The position numbers were made by a program, and so were the translations under genes. DNA of 59,747 bases, the filler included. It is 5 parts of 5 records of this genome, joined end to end, with 100 filler letters (N's around TTAATTAATTAA, not from the genome) between each part and the next. Parts side by side here need not be neighbours in the genome. Positions count along the whole stretch, not along the records: positions 19,668 to 27,272 come from SRR31156797_1621; positions 27,373 to 47,532 come from SRR31156797_1625; 3 more parts are not named here. One strand, 5' to 3'. The first letter of the stretch is position 1, and the number at the start of each line of letters is the position of its first letter. This document shows, in pieces, positions 23,166 to 31,275 of this stretch. The notes below the pieces were generated by a model that saw only the letters and a program-made list of their open reading frames with translations, ran no database searches and had not been told where the DNA came from.

Positions 23166-24380
23166 TCAGGAAAAAAATGAAAAAATACCGCCTTTGCTTT
23201 TCGGTTTAAATTCGGTTTTGATCTCCATAATAATGGTGCTGAAATCATTGACTATTTTATCTTTCTCAACGGAACTGGTCTGGTATTTTTCGACATAACT
23301 CAACATTTTTTCAAGATCATCGACGACGTTGAGCAAGGTTTCTGTGCCGAGTATATTGCCCATATTTTTTAATATGCGGTAGCAGTATTCATTGAATCCG
23401 GTTATTAAAATTTTCCTTCTATCTTCAGCAGGGGACACGTGAACCATGGCATTTGAAATCTGCGTTAAGTTGGGTCTTTTGTCTTTGTAAGGGGAATAGG
23501 TTTTAAGAATCTGCTGGAATTGTTTGGGAAGGCCTTTTTTGGCATCTTCAAAGATGGCACTGGTATGGTCCCCCAGTTCGTCGGTCAGGGTTTTAAGGAT
23601 AACTGAAATAAGGTCACCGTATACTGTGATAATAGCAGAATAATCGTCTTCATCTCCTTCGCCGTTCAGTGAGACTTCCTCTTTTTCCACAATCATTCCG
23701 GATGAAATCACGGAAAACAAAATCTTGTATACGGCAAAATCATCATACCCGCTCTGGTTGATTATCTGGCGAACTGTTCGCGTGCCATCCACAAGCGAAA
23801 GAACACACCATTCATTTGCATTGAGTTTTATTTCATTTTTGTTCGGGACTGTTCCCGACATCTTGTAAACCATCTTGTCCGAAGGGATACATTTTTTCAG
23901 TACGGATAACTCATCAATCCGCCTGGACGCCTCAAGTATCAATTTCATGGGATTGAGCTGGGTAACAATCATTCCCTTGAGGTTTAATTTTTCATCCTTG
24001 TAGTCAAACTTTCCTTTTTCGCAGAAAAAAAGATTGTAAAGGATGGTTTCTACTTGGCGTATGTTGTATTTTTTTAATGTTTCCAGTGATATATATCCCT
24101 TGTTAACCAGGATTTTGCCCAGATGTGTTTTACTTTCCTTGGCAAGGTCGAGGCATTTTTTCAATTGTTGTTCGGAAATTACGCCATTGGTTCTCAATAA
24201 AAAACCCAGTCGCGCCTCTTTAAGAGATGCTGTGGCATAAACGATGGTGCCGTTATTGAAAAAAACCCGGCTTGTATCGTCATTGCCGGTAACTGTCAAC
24301 ATCCCGGTTCTTTCATCATTGCATAATAACTGAAAGATACTTGCCAGGGCCAGGCCTTCAAAGTCTCCCTGAAAATTCAC
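23166..24380 (-). CDS. DUF4388 (PatA_N) domain protein with MshEN-like tandem motif
   Basis: FQGDFEGLALASIFQLL...RTGMLTV...FFNNGTIVYA...LILEASRRIDE is the DUF4388 pattern; the insert RLGFLLRTNGVIS...HLGKILVNKGYIS is MshEN-like. Confidence 0.82.
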   Translation of the reverse strand: MNFQGDFEGLALASIFQLLCNDERTGMLTVTGNDDTSRVFFNNGTIVYATASLKEARLGFLLRTNGVISEQQLKKCLDLAKESKTHLGKILVNKGYISLETLKKYNIRQVETILYNLFFCEKGKFDYKDEKLNLKGMIVTQLNPMKLILEASRRIDELSVLKKCIPSDKMVYKMSGTVPNKNEIKLNANEWCVLSLVDGTRTVRQIINQSGYDDFAVYKILFSVISSGMIVEKEEVSLNGEGDEDDYSAIITVYGDLISVILKTLTDELGDHTSAIFEDAKKGLPKQFQQILKTYSPYKDKRPNLTQISNAMVHVSPAEDRRKILITGFNEYCYRILKNMGNILGTETLLNVVDDLEKMLSYVEKYQTSSVEKDKIVNDFSTIIMEIKTEFKPKSKGGIFSFFS

Positions 24381-24541
24381 TTTACACCTGCTAAAAAAAT
24401 AACTGCATTTATGTTTCCGTGGAGTATTCTATTGACATAAGTTTGCACATCTTCAATATGCCATAATGTGCCGGAATTTGAAATAAATTTTCCGTATTTG
24501 ATTATCGGACATGGGTTCCGGAAAATCGGCAATATCAGGGG

Positions 24542-25624
24542 CTATTCTGACAGGATTGTCAGAAAAAACAGAGTGGTTATATCGGGAAATTCGGTTTGTT
24601 CAAGCTGGTTCCGGCGTTGGAATCTGATGAGCGACCGAGTCAGTTTGGTGTCTACAATGCCGTCAATTTCATCATGGTATAAATCAATTTTTTGTAACAT
24701 AGTCTGAAGTTGTTTGATTTTACGGCCTTTAATGCCGTTTTCATATTTCGATATCATCAGGGTGGGCTTCCAGAATAAAAAAAAGCGGATGTGTACAGGG
24801 TTCAATAGAATTTTTTCATAAATGTGATATTTCTTTTCGACAATCGCAGGTAATGAATTGGAATGAATCAGCATCATTCCTGTTTCGTTGTAGATTCTAT
24901 CGGTAATGTCGTTAAAATTTTCTGAGAAAATTGCCGATAAAAAAAGCGGTTCATATATTTCAAGGTTATATGCCGCTAAAAATTCGATCAGCTTATCATC
25001 TCTATATTGAATCGGTTTCTCGTCTGTATTTTGCAAGGTGGGGAGCGGTTTCGGAATAGTGACAGGAGAAGGCTTCGGGGCCTGTATATTTTCTTTCTTG
25101 GTGACGGGTGGTATTGGTTCCGGCTTAAGAATTTGCGTCTTTTCTCCTTTGCCGCTCCAAAAGACTAAGGCAGTGCCAATCAAGCCGAACAATACGGCAG
25201 CGATGATTATTTTGGTAATGACTGAGTTGAAAGTTAACGATTTGAAAACATTGCTCCACCTTTTTGGTACATTGATAATTGGATCTTCAACATATTTTTT
25301 AGTGATGATTCTTGTGCGACCTTTAAATGCGTTATGAAGCGCCCGATCCATAATTGCCCTGATCTGGTCAACCCTGCCCGTGGACAAACGAAACACTTCC
25401 TGATGGGTTTTTTCTTCGATAATAATTTGATGGTTTGCGCCGGCAGCATTTAATACAAATTGGATATAGACAATGGTCTGCTCAGCAGTTAATGGCTGAT
25501 TGGCATTAAGATTAAAGCTGTGGAAAAATCTAATATCCTTCCGGCCGGACGAGAACGGATCAGTGTTTAATCGAAAATGATTTAAAAATTCAGCGTTATT
25601 AAAATTAGATTTTGGTTCATCCAT
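24542..25624 (-). CDS. ExeA-like protein lacking the ATPase core, with a TM segment and a peptidoglycan-binding domain
   Basis: FLNHFRLNTDPFS N-terminal motif, ExeA lid-like region PLTAEQTIVYI...AAG...DRALHNAF, one TM, Pro-rich linker, C-terminal PG_binding_1-like IKQLQTML...IDGIVD...FQRRNQL. Confidence 0.65.
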   Translation of the reverse strand: MDEPKSNFNNAEFLNHFRLNTDPFSSGRKDIRFFHSFNLNANQPLTAEQTIVYIQFVLNAAGANHQIIIEEKTHQEVFRLSTGRVDQIRAIMDRALHNAFKGRTRIITKKYVEDPIINVPKRWSNVFKSLTFNSVITKIIIAAVLFGLIGTALVFWSGKGEKTQILKPEPIPPVTKKENIQAPKPSPVTIPKPLPTLQNTDEKPIQYRDDKLIEFLAAYNLEIYEPLFLSAIFSENFNDITDRIYNETGMMLIHSNSLPAIVEKKYHIYEKILLNPVHIRFFLFWKPTLMISKYENGIKGRKIKQLQTMLQKIDLYHDEIDGIVDTKLTRSLIRFQRRNQLEQTEFPDITTLFFLTILSE

Positions 25625-26000
25625 AAACTTAACTAATTTTATTCAGACAATTTATAAAAAAAATTCTAACTTAAGTTTCGCAGTTAAAATACTGGCAATT
25701 TAGTCCGGTAATTATTTGACTTTATAAGTGTTTTTATTGATTTTAGTTCCTAAAAAAGCAATATTTGAGTGTCCAACATACTGATATTACATGAAAAGGG
25801 CTTGTCATGAATACCAATAGTACATATTCACGTTCATTGCAAAAACAATTTCAAAATAAAACAAAAAGCATTTTTCTATTTTTTACGGAATGATATAGAA
25901 TACACAATATTTGGTTATGCATTTTTTGACTACCGCCTCTGGGGTTCAACAAATTGAACTTATGGTGCCGGAACCAATTTTTACGGAACTTAACGATAAG

Positions 26001-27089
26001 ATGGATAAAATTTTATTCGTCGACGAAGATCTCGCTTTAATGGAGGTCACACAACGACGCCTGAATAAAGTATTTGATATTGATATTGCCCAAGGCGGCC
26101 AGGAAGGCCTTAACGCAGTAGCAGGTAAAGGACCCTACGCCGTCATTATCACCGGTCTGCACATGAGTGGCATGAACGGATTCCAGTTTGTAGAAGAGGC
26201 AAAAAAGATAGACCCAGACAGCGCAATTGTCATGCTTACCGGGCGCGGCAGATTAGATGTTTCACTCAAGGCACTGAACGGGGGTAAAATTTTTAAATTT
26301 TTGATAAAACCCTGCAAGCCCCATGTGCTTGAAAAAGTGTTGCAGGAAGGCGTCGAACAATACCAGAATAATCGCCACTGGGCCAAAACACCCGATGCTG
26401 CAACTTCCCATAGATATAAAATACTCATTGTTGATGATGATCCGGAAGTATTAAGTGTGTTTGCCACAGCAGTGAATGCCACGGGACATTACGACGTGCT
26501 CACCGCTGAAAACGGCAAAATTGCGCTGGAACTTGTAAAATTCATAAAAATACATGCAATCGCAGCAGACTTGAACATACCGGATATGGACGGCATCCAG
26601 CTGTTGAGAGCCATTCACAGACGAGAACCCAATATGAGCCTGTTTTTGATGACCTGGAATCCGGCATTTGAATTCCAGGATTCAATACCGGATATCACGC
26701 TGGATGCTGTTTTTGAAAAACCATTGGACATGCCGTCTGTTTTAGCAACGATCCTGACCAGCTTGCGATCCGATCCAAAAGGGAAGATCGAAGGATTCAG
26801 CACAACAGCATTTCTTCAAATGATCGAAATGGAAGAAAAAACATGCACCATTCAGGTAAAATCGACCGAAAACGTTGGATTTTTGTTTTTCCGGAAAGGT
26901 CGTCTGATTGCGGCTGCAACCGGGGACAGGAGAGGTGAGGATGCGGCCTATGACATCCTGAACTGGAAAGATTCGGCCATCCAAATCACTCACGCAGACC
27001 CCGAAAAACGCATTGAAATTAATCGCTCTCTCATGCATATTCTGGTTGAAGCGGCCCGCAGGCAGGATGAAGCGGAGACGGGTGAATGA
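26001..27089 (+). CDS. Response regulator with two receiver domains and a C-terminal DUF4388
   Basis: KILFVDED...FLIKP and KILIVDDD...FEKP receivers; GKIEGFSTTAFLQMIEMEEKTCTI...ILVEAARRQDE is DUF4388. The start at ATG 26001 is preferred. Confidence 0.85.
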   Translation: MDKILFVDEDLALMEVTQRRLNKVFDIDIAQGGQEGLNAVAGKGPYAVIITGLHMSGMNGFQFVEEAKKIDPDSAIVMLTGRGRLDVSLKALNGGKIFKFLIKPCKPHVLEKVLQEGVEQYQNNRHWAKTPDAATSHRYKILIVDDDPEVLSVFATAVNATGHYDVLTAENGKIALELVKFIKIHAIAADLNIPDMDGIQLLRAIHRREPNMSLFLMTWNPAFEFQDSIPDITLDAVFEKPLDMPSVLATILTSLRSDPKGKIEGFSTTAFLQMIEMEEKTCTIQVKSTENVGFLFFRKGRLIAAATGDRRGEDAAYDILNWKDSAIQITHADPEKRIEINRSLMHILVEAARRQDEAETGE

Positions 27090-27272
27090 CCAAGCCCGGT
27101 ATTCTTTATATGAAAGAACCACCAAGCCCTGAATTCTTTCATGGTTCGTTCTGAGCACGCTGGCGGACGTTCAAGGCGGCCCATGGCCGTTCTTTGATAA
27201 TCAGTATTTTTCGGTAGAGAGGCCATAAAAAATGGAAGACAAAACGGCTCGCCTTAAAATCGAGGAAGTCTT

Positions 27273-27372
27273 NNNNNNNNNNNNNNNNNNNNNNNNNNNN
27301 NNNNNNNNNNNNNNNNTTAATTAATTAANNNNNNNNNNNNNNNNNNNNNNNNNNNNNNNNNNNNNNNNNNNN
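27273..27372. other. Artificial contig linker
   Basis: N-run, TTAATTAATTAA, N-run. Confidence 0.98.
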
Positions 27373-27401
27373 GGTCATCGGTTCGACTCCGATATGCTCC
27401 A
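27373..27401 (+). tRNA. 3' end of tRNA-Ala (T-arm and acceptor strand); left att site
   Basis: ATCGG-TTCGACT-CCGAT T-arm followed by ATGCTCC-A, consistent with an Ala acceptor stem containing U70; partial because of the contig edge. Confidence 0.85.
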
Positions 27402-27412
27402 CACTGAAAAAC

Positions 27413-27448
27413 AAAGGGTTACAAGACTTACCTCTTGTAAGCCTTTTT
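27413..27448 (+). terminator. Intrinsic terminator downstream of the tRNA end
   Basis: AAAGGGTTACAAGA-CTTACC-TCTTGTAAGCCTTTTT. Confidence 0.75.
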
Positions 27449-27596
27449 AATTTAACAAACAATTTAACAATTAATATTTTTTTGGCACTAATAGGAAAAC
27501 CGTGTTTTTTTCTATTAGTGCCAAAGGGTAACATTAATAATACCCTGATATTCCATCTGTTCGTCCATAATCGCTATATTTTAAAGAATATTTGAT

Positions 27597-27875
27597 ATGT
27601 TTAAAAAGTTTAAAGATACGGAATACCATTATTGTAGCGGTCCGAAATTGATTGATTTGGATTACTTAATGAACTTTATTAAAGAAAAAGGGATTTCAAA
27701 AGGGGAGCAGATTTATTTAACCCAATACGATTTTAATAGAATTGAGGAACAGTATCAAAAACGATTTGGTAAAGTTCCTTCAGCAAGCCCAATTGAAATT
27801 GATGGAGTTAATATTCTTAGTAGTAGTATGATTAGGTTAAATAATGAATTTTACGTGCATCGAACATTCCCATGA
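27597..27875 (+). CDS. Hypothetical protein
   Basis: 92-aa ORF with ATG start and plausible composition; no family recognised. Confidence 0.5.
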   Translation: MFKKFKDTEYHYCSGPKLIDLDYLMNFIKEKGISKGEQIYLTQYDFNRIEEQYQKRFGKVPSASPIEIDGVNILSSSMIRLNNEFYVHRTFP

Positions 27876-27930
27876 CGTTATAATTTAGAAAAATTCAGTT
27901 TTATTTTAAGGTTATATTCTGACCAAATAT

Positions 27931-29352
27931 CTAAAATTCAATCTCAAAATTCGCCTTACTTTTCAGATAATAACCCCAGCCCGGCATTAAAAATGGCAGG
28001 GTGTTGATGCCCATTGCGGGCCAAAAGATGTGGGTTCCGGCAACCTCCTGGACAATTTCAACGTTTGGTAGGTGGCCAGAAAATACATCCTCGGTAAATA
28101 TGGGTTCATCTGTCAGGAAAGGGATGATGTTCCATCCGGCATAAACCTGAATGGTTGATGTTTCTGGCCAATTTCCGGCGATTTCCAGGCTTCCTGGCTC
28201 GGATAGTTTGATCACATACCCACTTTGATTATCCCAGGTGTTTATTGTTTGAATTCCATTCGCCGGACTGAAAACACCTTCGCGATTTTGAATTGCAGTG
28301 AATTTGCCGTTAAGCGGGGAAACGATGGTTTCAAGATCATTATTGGTTGGCTCCAGGTAAGAGGAAATCCCACTCCATCCTGCATCTATCTGGATTGTTT
28401 GGGTTTGGGAGCCGGGTAAAACAACAAATTTTGCCATTATGGGCAGATGATCACTTGCGTAGTGTAGCGCATCAGCAAATTGTTGCGAGACAGCCATATT
28501 TGGTGGGTGATTTATTGAATCATTATGATGAAACCCATCGTTGCCAACTGCGTAAGTTGAATTATCAACATAGTTGATTCTACTACCTGTTGCGATTGCC
28601 TGCGAAAATAAAATCATATCAAAGCGATCATCTAATCCGCCATGAGCACCACCACCGAATTGGCGTGAGCGAGTGCTTTGAGTATGGTAAAAGGCGTAAT
28701 CAGGATTATTCCACTTACCAGGCATGATTAGAGGGTCAATCACATGACCATCATCAATGCCATTATCCGCTATAAGTTTCAGGTAGGCAGGTTCATTTGC
28801 ACCGTAAATATTGAAATCGCCACAAATAATGAATGCACTGCCGGCTGGTAAGGCATCTGTAACGGCCCGTAGGGTTTCAACCTCCTGCAAACGTTTGATT
28901 TCATTGGTGTTTCCGGAACTTGCTTTGAGGTGTACAGAATAGATTTTCAACGTATCATTAGTGGATTTGTATGTAAGTGTGAACTGGTTAATATCGCGCA
29001 ATGCAGTTGGTATAGGTGTGTTGTCAATAAAATTAAACAGGTCGTGCTTGTAAAAAATTCCATTGTCTGAATCATTGCCGTTGATAAACTCACCAGCAGC
29101 GTAGTCACTGCCCAATACCTGGGTTTGAAACACATGTACAGCAGATGCTGAAAGTATTTCCTGGACAATCAAAACGTCTGGTTGGGTGCTGTCGATTATC
29201 GTTTTAAATAGGCCGATTCGGTTTACATTATCATCGTCGAAATTTAAAATGTTATATGACATTATGTTTAGTGTATCCTGCGATAACAATGAAAATGGCA
29301 GAAAAGCAAAAAACAAAAGGGTTGTGATAAATGGTTTAAGAGTTTGTTTCAT
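27931..29352 (-). CDS. Secreted endonuclease/exonuclease/phosphatase (DNase I-like) protein
   Basis: Signal peptide; SYNILN, PDVLIVQEI, SVHLKAS, CGDFNIY, DRFD and SDHLP motifs; C-terminal beta repeats (IDAGWSGISS, VYAGWNII). Confidence 0.88.
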   Translation of the reverse strand: MKQTLKPFITTLLFFAFLPFSLLSQDTLNIMSYNILNFDDDNVNRIGLFKTIIDSTQPDVLIVQEILSASAVHVFQTQVLGSDYAAGEFINGNDSDNGIFYKHDLFNFIDNTPIPTALRDINQFTLTYKSTNDTLKIYSVHLKASSGNTNEIKRLQEVETLRAVTDALPAGSAFIICGDFNIYGANEPAYLKLIADNGIDDGHVIDPLIMPGKWNNPDYAFYHTQSTRSRQFGGGAHGGLDDRFDMILFSQAIATGSRINYVDNSTYAVGNDGFHHNDSINHPPNMAVSQQFADALHYASDHLPIMAKFVVLPGSQTQTIQIDAGWSGISSYLEPTNNDLETIVSPLNGKFTAIQNREGVFSPANGIQTINTWDNQSGYVIKLSEPGSLEIAGNWPETSTIQVYAGWNIIPFLTDEPIFTEDVFSGHLPNVEIVQEVAGTHIFWPAMGINTLPFLMPGWGYYLKSKANFEIEF

Positions 29353-29408
29353 TTAATGAAAGTTCGTTTTTGGCAAAACTAAAATTAAATATGTTTGGTG
29401 GCCTGTAC

Positions 29409-29452
29409 AAAAAAAACGGTAACATCAGTTTTAAAGATATAGATGTTACCGT
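29409..29452 (-). terminator. Intrinsic terminator after the outer-membrane barrel gene
   Basis: 11-bp inverted repeat ACGGTAACATC / GATGTTACCGT followed by a T-run on the minus strand. Confidence 0.7.
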
Positions 29453-29479
29453 CTCTACGAAAATTCGTGTCCTGAAAAG

Positions 29480-30079
29480 CTATAATGTAACTTTTAAACC
29501 CAAAGAAATAATAGATTGAGACAAGTTGTACTTTGTCGTTCCAGCTTCAGTTATCAGGTTTTCATTGATGTCGTAATAAAGTAAGCTGTAATCGCTTTTG
29601 AAAGATTTGTAGTTATACCTGCCTTGTAAAAAAACAGCGAACTGATCTGAAAATGGGTATTTTACTATTGCATTAACCCCAAAATAGTATCCCATTGCGA
29701 GATCATATTCAATTGTTGTTAAATAAAAACCATCTGATTCGGCATAGTTAGGTAAACTGTTAAAGTTTATTCCGCCGATTATCCCAAGTTCTGCATATTT
29801 TGTGTCATAGCAAAAACCTGTTCCAAAATCTGAGGTTGAGTATTTTTCTTCACCCTTCCAGGCTTTTTGCGCACTGTATTGCACTTCAATTGGTATATAG
29901 AATGGGATTTCTCCAATATTGAAGTTAAATAAGTCGGCCTTCAAACCTAACGATAATCCAGGCTCAAAACTATCGTCGTCATCGTTAATGATACTGATGC
30001 CTCCATTGATTGAAAAGGATTGACTAAATGTTACTGTTGCGATAGCAATTGCTATCAGTGTAAAAGTTAATTTTTTCAT
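29480..30079 (-). CDS. Small outer-membrane beta-barrel protein
   Basis: Signal peptide ending FS-Q, amphipathic beta strands, C-terminal ISLGLKVTL. Confidence 0.7.
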   Translation of the reverse strand: MKKLTFTLIAIAIATVTFSQSFSINGGISIINDDDDSFEPGLSLGLKADLFNFNIGEIPFYIPIEVQYSAQKAWKGEEKYSTSDFGTGFCYDTKYAELGIIGGINFNSLPNYAESDGFYLTTIEYDLAMGYYFGVNAIVKYPFSDQFAVFLQGRYNYKSFKSDYSLLYYDINENLITEAGTTKYNLSQSIISLGLKVTL

Positions 30080-30135
30080 AAAAGTTTTGTTTTTGATTGC
30101 CTCTCAGCACCAAAAAGGCGATTATTTTTTTACAT

Positions 30136-30297
30136 AAAAAAGCGTGGCACTGTAGCTTATCTGCTTTAGAGGCATCGCCAAACACCCACGAGAACAAACA
30201 AGTACAGCCCACGCATGGCGTGAGCGGTGTACCTTTAATCCAGTTCTCGTTTGAAAAATGGCGATTTTCTAAAGCAAGATTAAAAGCTAACGCTTCT
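30136..30297 (-). ncRNA. Candidate structured cis-regulatory leader RNA
   Basis: Seven nested complementary segment pairs forming a ~155-nt rod, plus an alternative terminator-like pairing ending in U6; it lies between a TATTTTTG -7 promoter box (30368-30375) and the barrel gene. Confidence 0.6.
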
Positions 30298-30513
30298 TAT
30301 TTTTTATTTTAAATTTTAGCTCATTTCAGAGTATTCAGTTTTGGTTTTTATGAATTTGTCTCAGAAGCAAAAATATCAAATACCTGCCATTAATAACACG
30401 CATTACACATATTGATCCATTCTAAATAACAAATCGATAAATGCTTTACTCATGGTGTTGACAGTGTTCCTCATTATTACACGGTATAATAACTTAATTG
30501 TATTGAAAATAAT

Positions 30514-30600
30514 TTACACCATTTCAGCCTGTTTAAGCACGGTTTCGGTGGTGAGTTTTTGCATGTCGGGCGGATAACCGTATTTGCGAAAAAGGCGTTT
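30514..30600 (-). pseudogene. Orphan copy of the hsdR 3' end
   Basis: Translates KRLFRKYGYPPDMQKLTTETVLKQAEMV*, versus native HsdR KRLLRKYGYPPDMQKLATETVLKQAVMIADEMV*. Confidence 0.9.
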
Positions 30601-30749
30601 ATTTACGAATGAACAAATTCGTGAGTTACATGAACTTCATCATTATTTTATTACAGTGGATTTGAGGTTCAAAAGCATAAAACATATTAGGAATTTCAAT
30701 ACATAAAATGTGTTTAATTTAATAATCGTTTTTTGAAACATCACGACAG

Positions 30750-31061
30750 TTAATTGAGCAGGTAACTACATTTGCCAGCTTTGCAGTTTTGGTCGATAAT
30801 AGCCAAATGAGCAATTAGTATTGGCAACTGTAATGGGACTGCTTCTTTTTGTTTTTGCTCGTGTTTCTTCTTTAATCTTTGCACAAAAAGATTATGTAAA
30901 AAATCATCATCATGTAAAATCTTTCGGAAGCCTTTAAACATATCAACCTCCATGGCAAAATCAGCGTCAATTTTTATTCTTTCTTCCACTTGCAATGAAG
31001 TTGCGCTGTCCAATACTCCATTTAGGTAATCAATAATTGTATCTGCATCATGTTCCTTCAT
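30750..31061 (-). CDS. Small protein resembling an anti-sigma-factor N-terminal domain
   Basis: MKEHDADTIIDYLNGVLD...VEERIKIDADFAMEV resembles the IxxYLxGxLxxxExxxFE pattern; no partner sigma gene nearby, so possibly a fragment. Confidence 0.45.
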   Translation of the reverse strand: MKEHDADTIIDYLNGVLDSATSLQVEERIKIDADFAMEVDMFKGFRKILHDDDFLHNLFVQRLKKKHEQKQKEAVPLQLPILIAHLAIIDQNCKAGKCSYLLN

Positions 31062-31275
31062 TTTTTTTATGTTTTGGTTTGTATTAATTAGTAATTCAAA
31101 AAGCAATTTACGTTATGTTCACTAAGCCTTTCTTTGAAATTGGCAGCTTAACCCGGATCAAAATCGTAAATTCCTTCTTCCTACTATTATGTTCCGGTAC
31201 ATATCAAAACATCACACTTTTTTAACACTCATTAACATTTATTAACAATGAAGAAATCAGAATGCACTGGCTGAT

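Noticed and set aside
30024-30312. 62-aa and 71-aa ORFs over the structured leader
   Set aside because: No coding features; the nested base-pairing explains the sequence better, although a leader peptide cannot be excluded.
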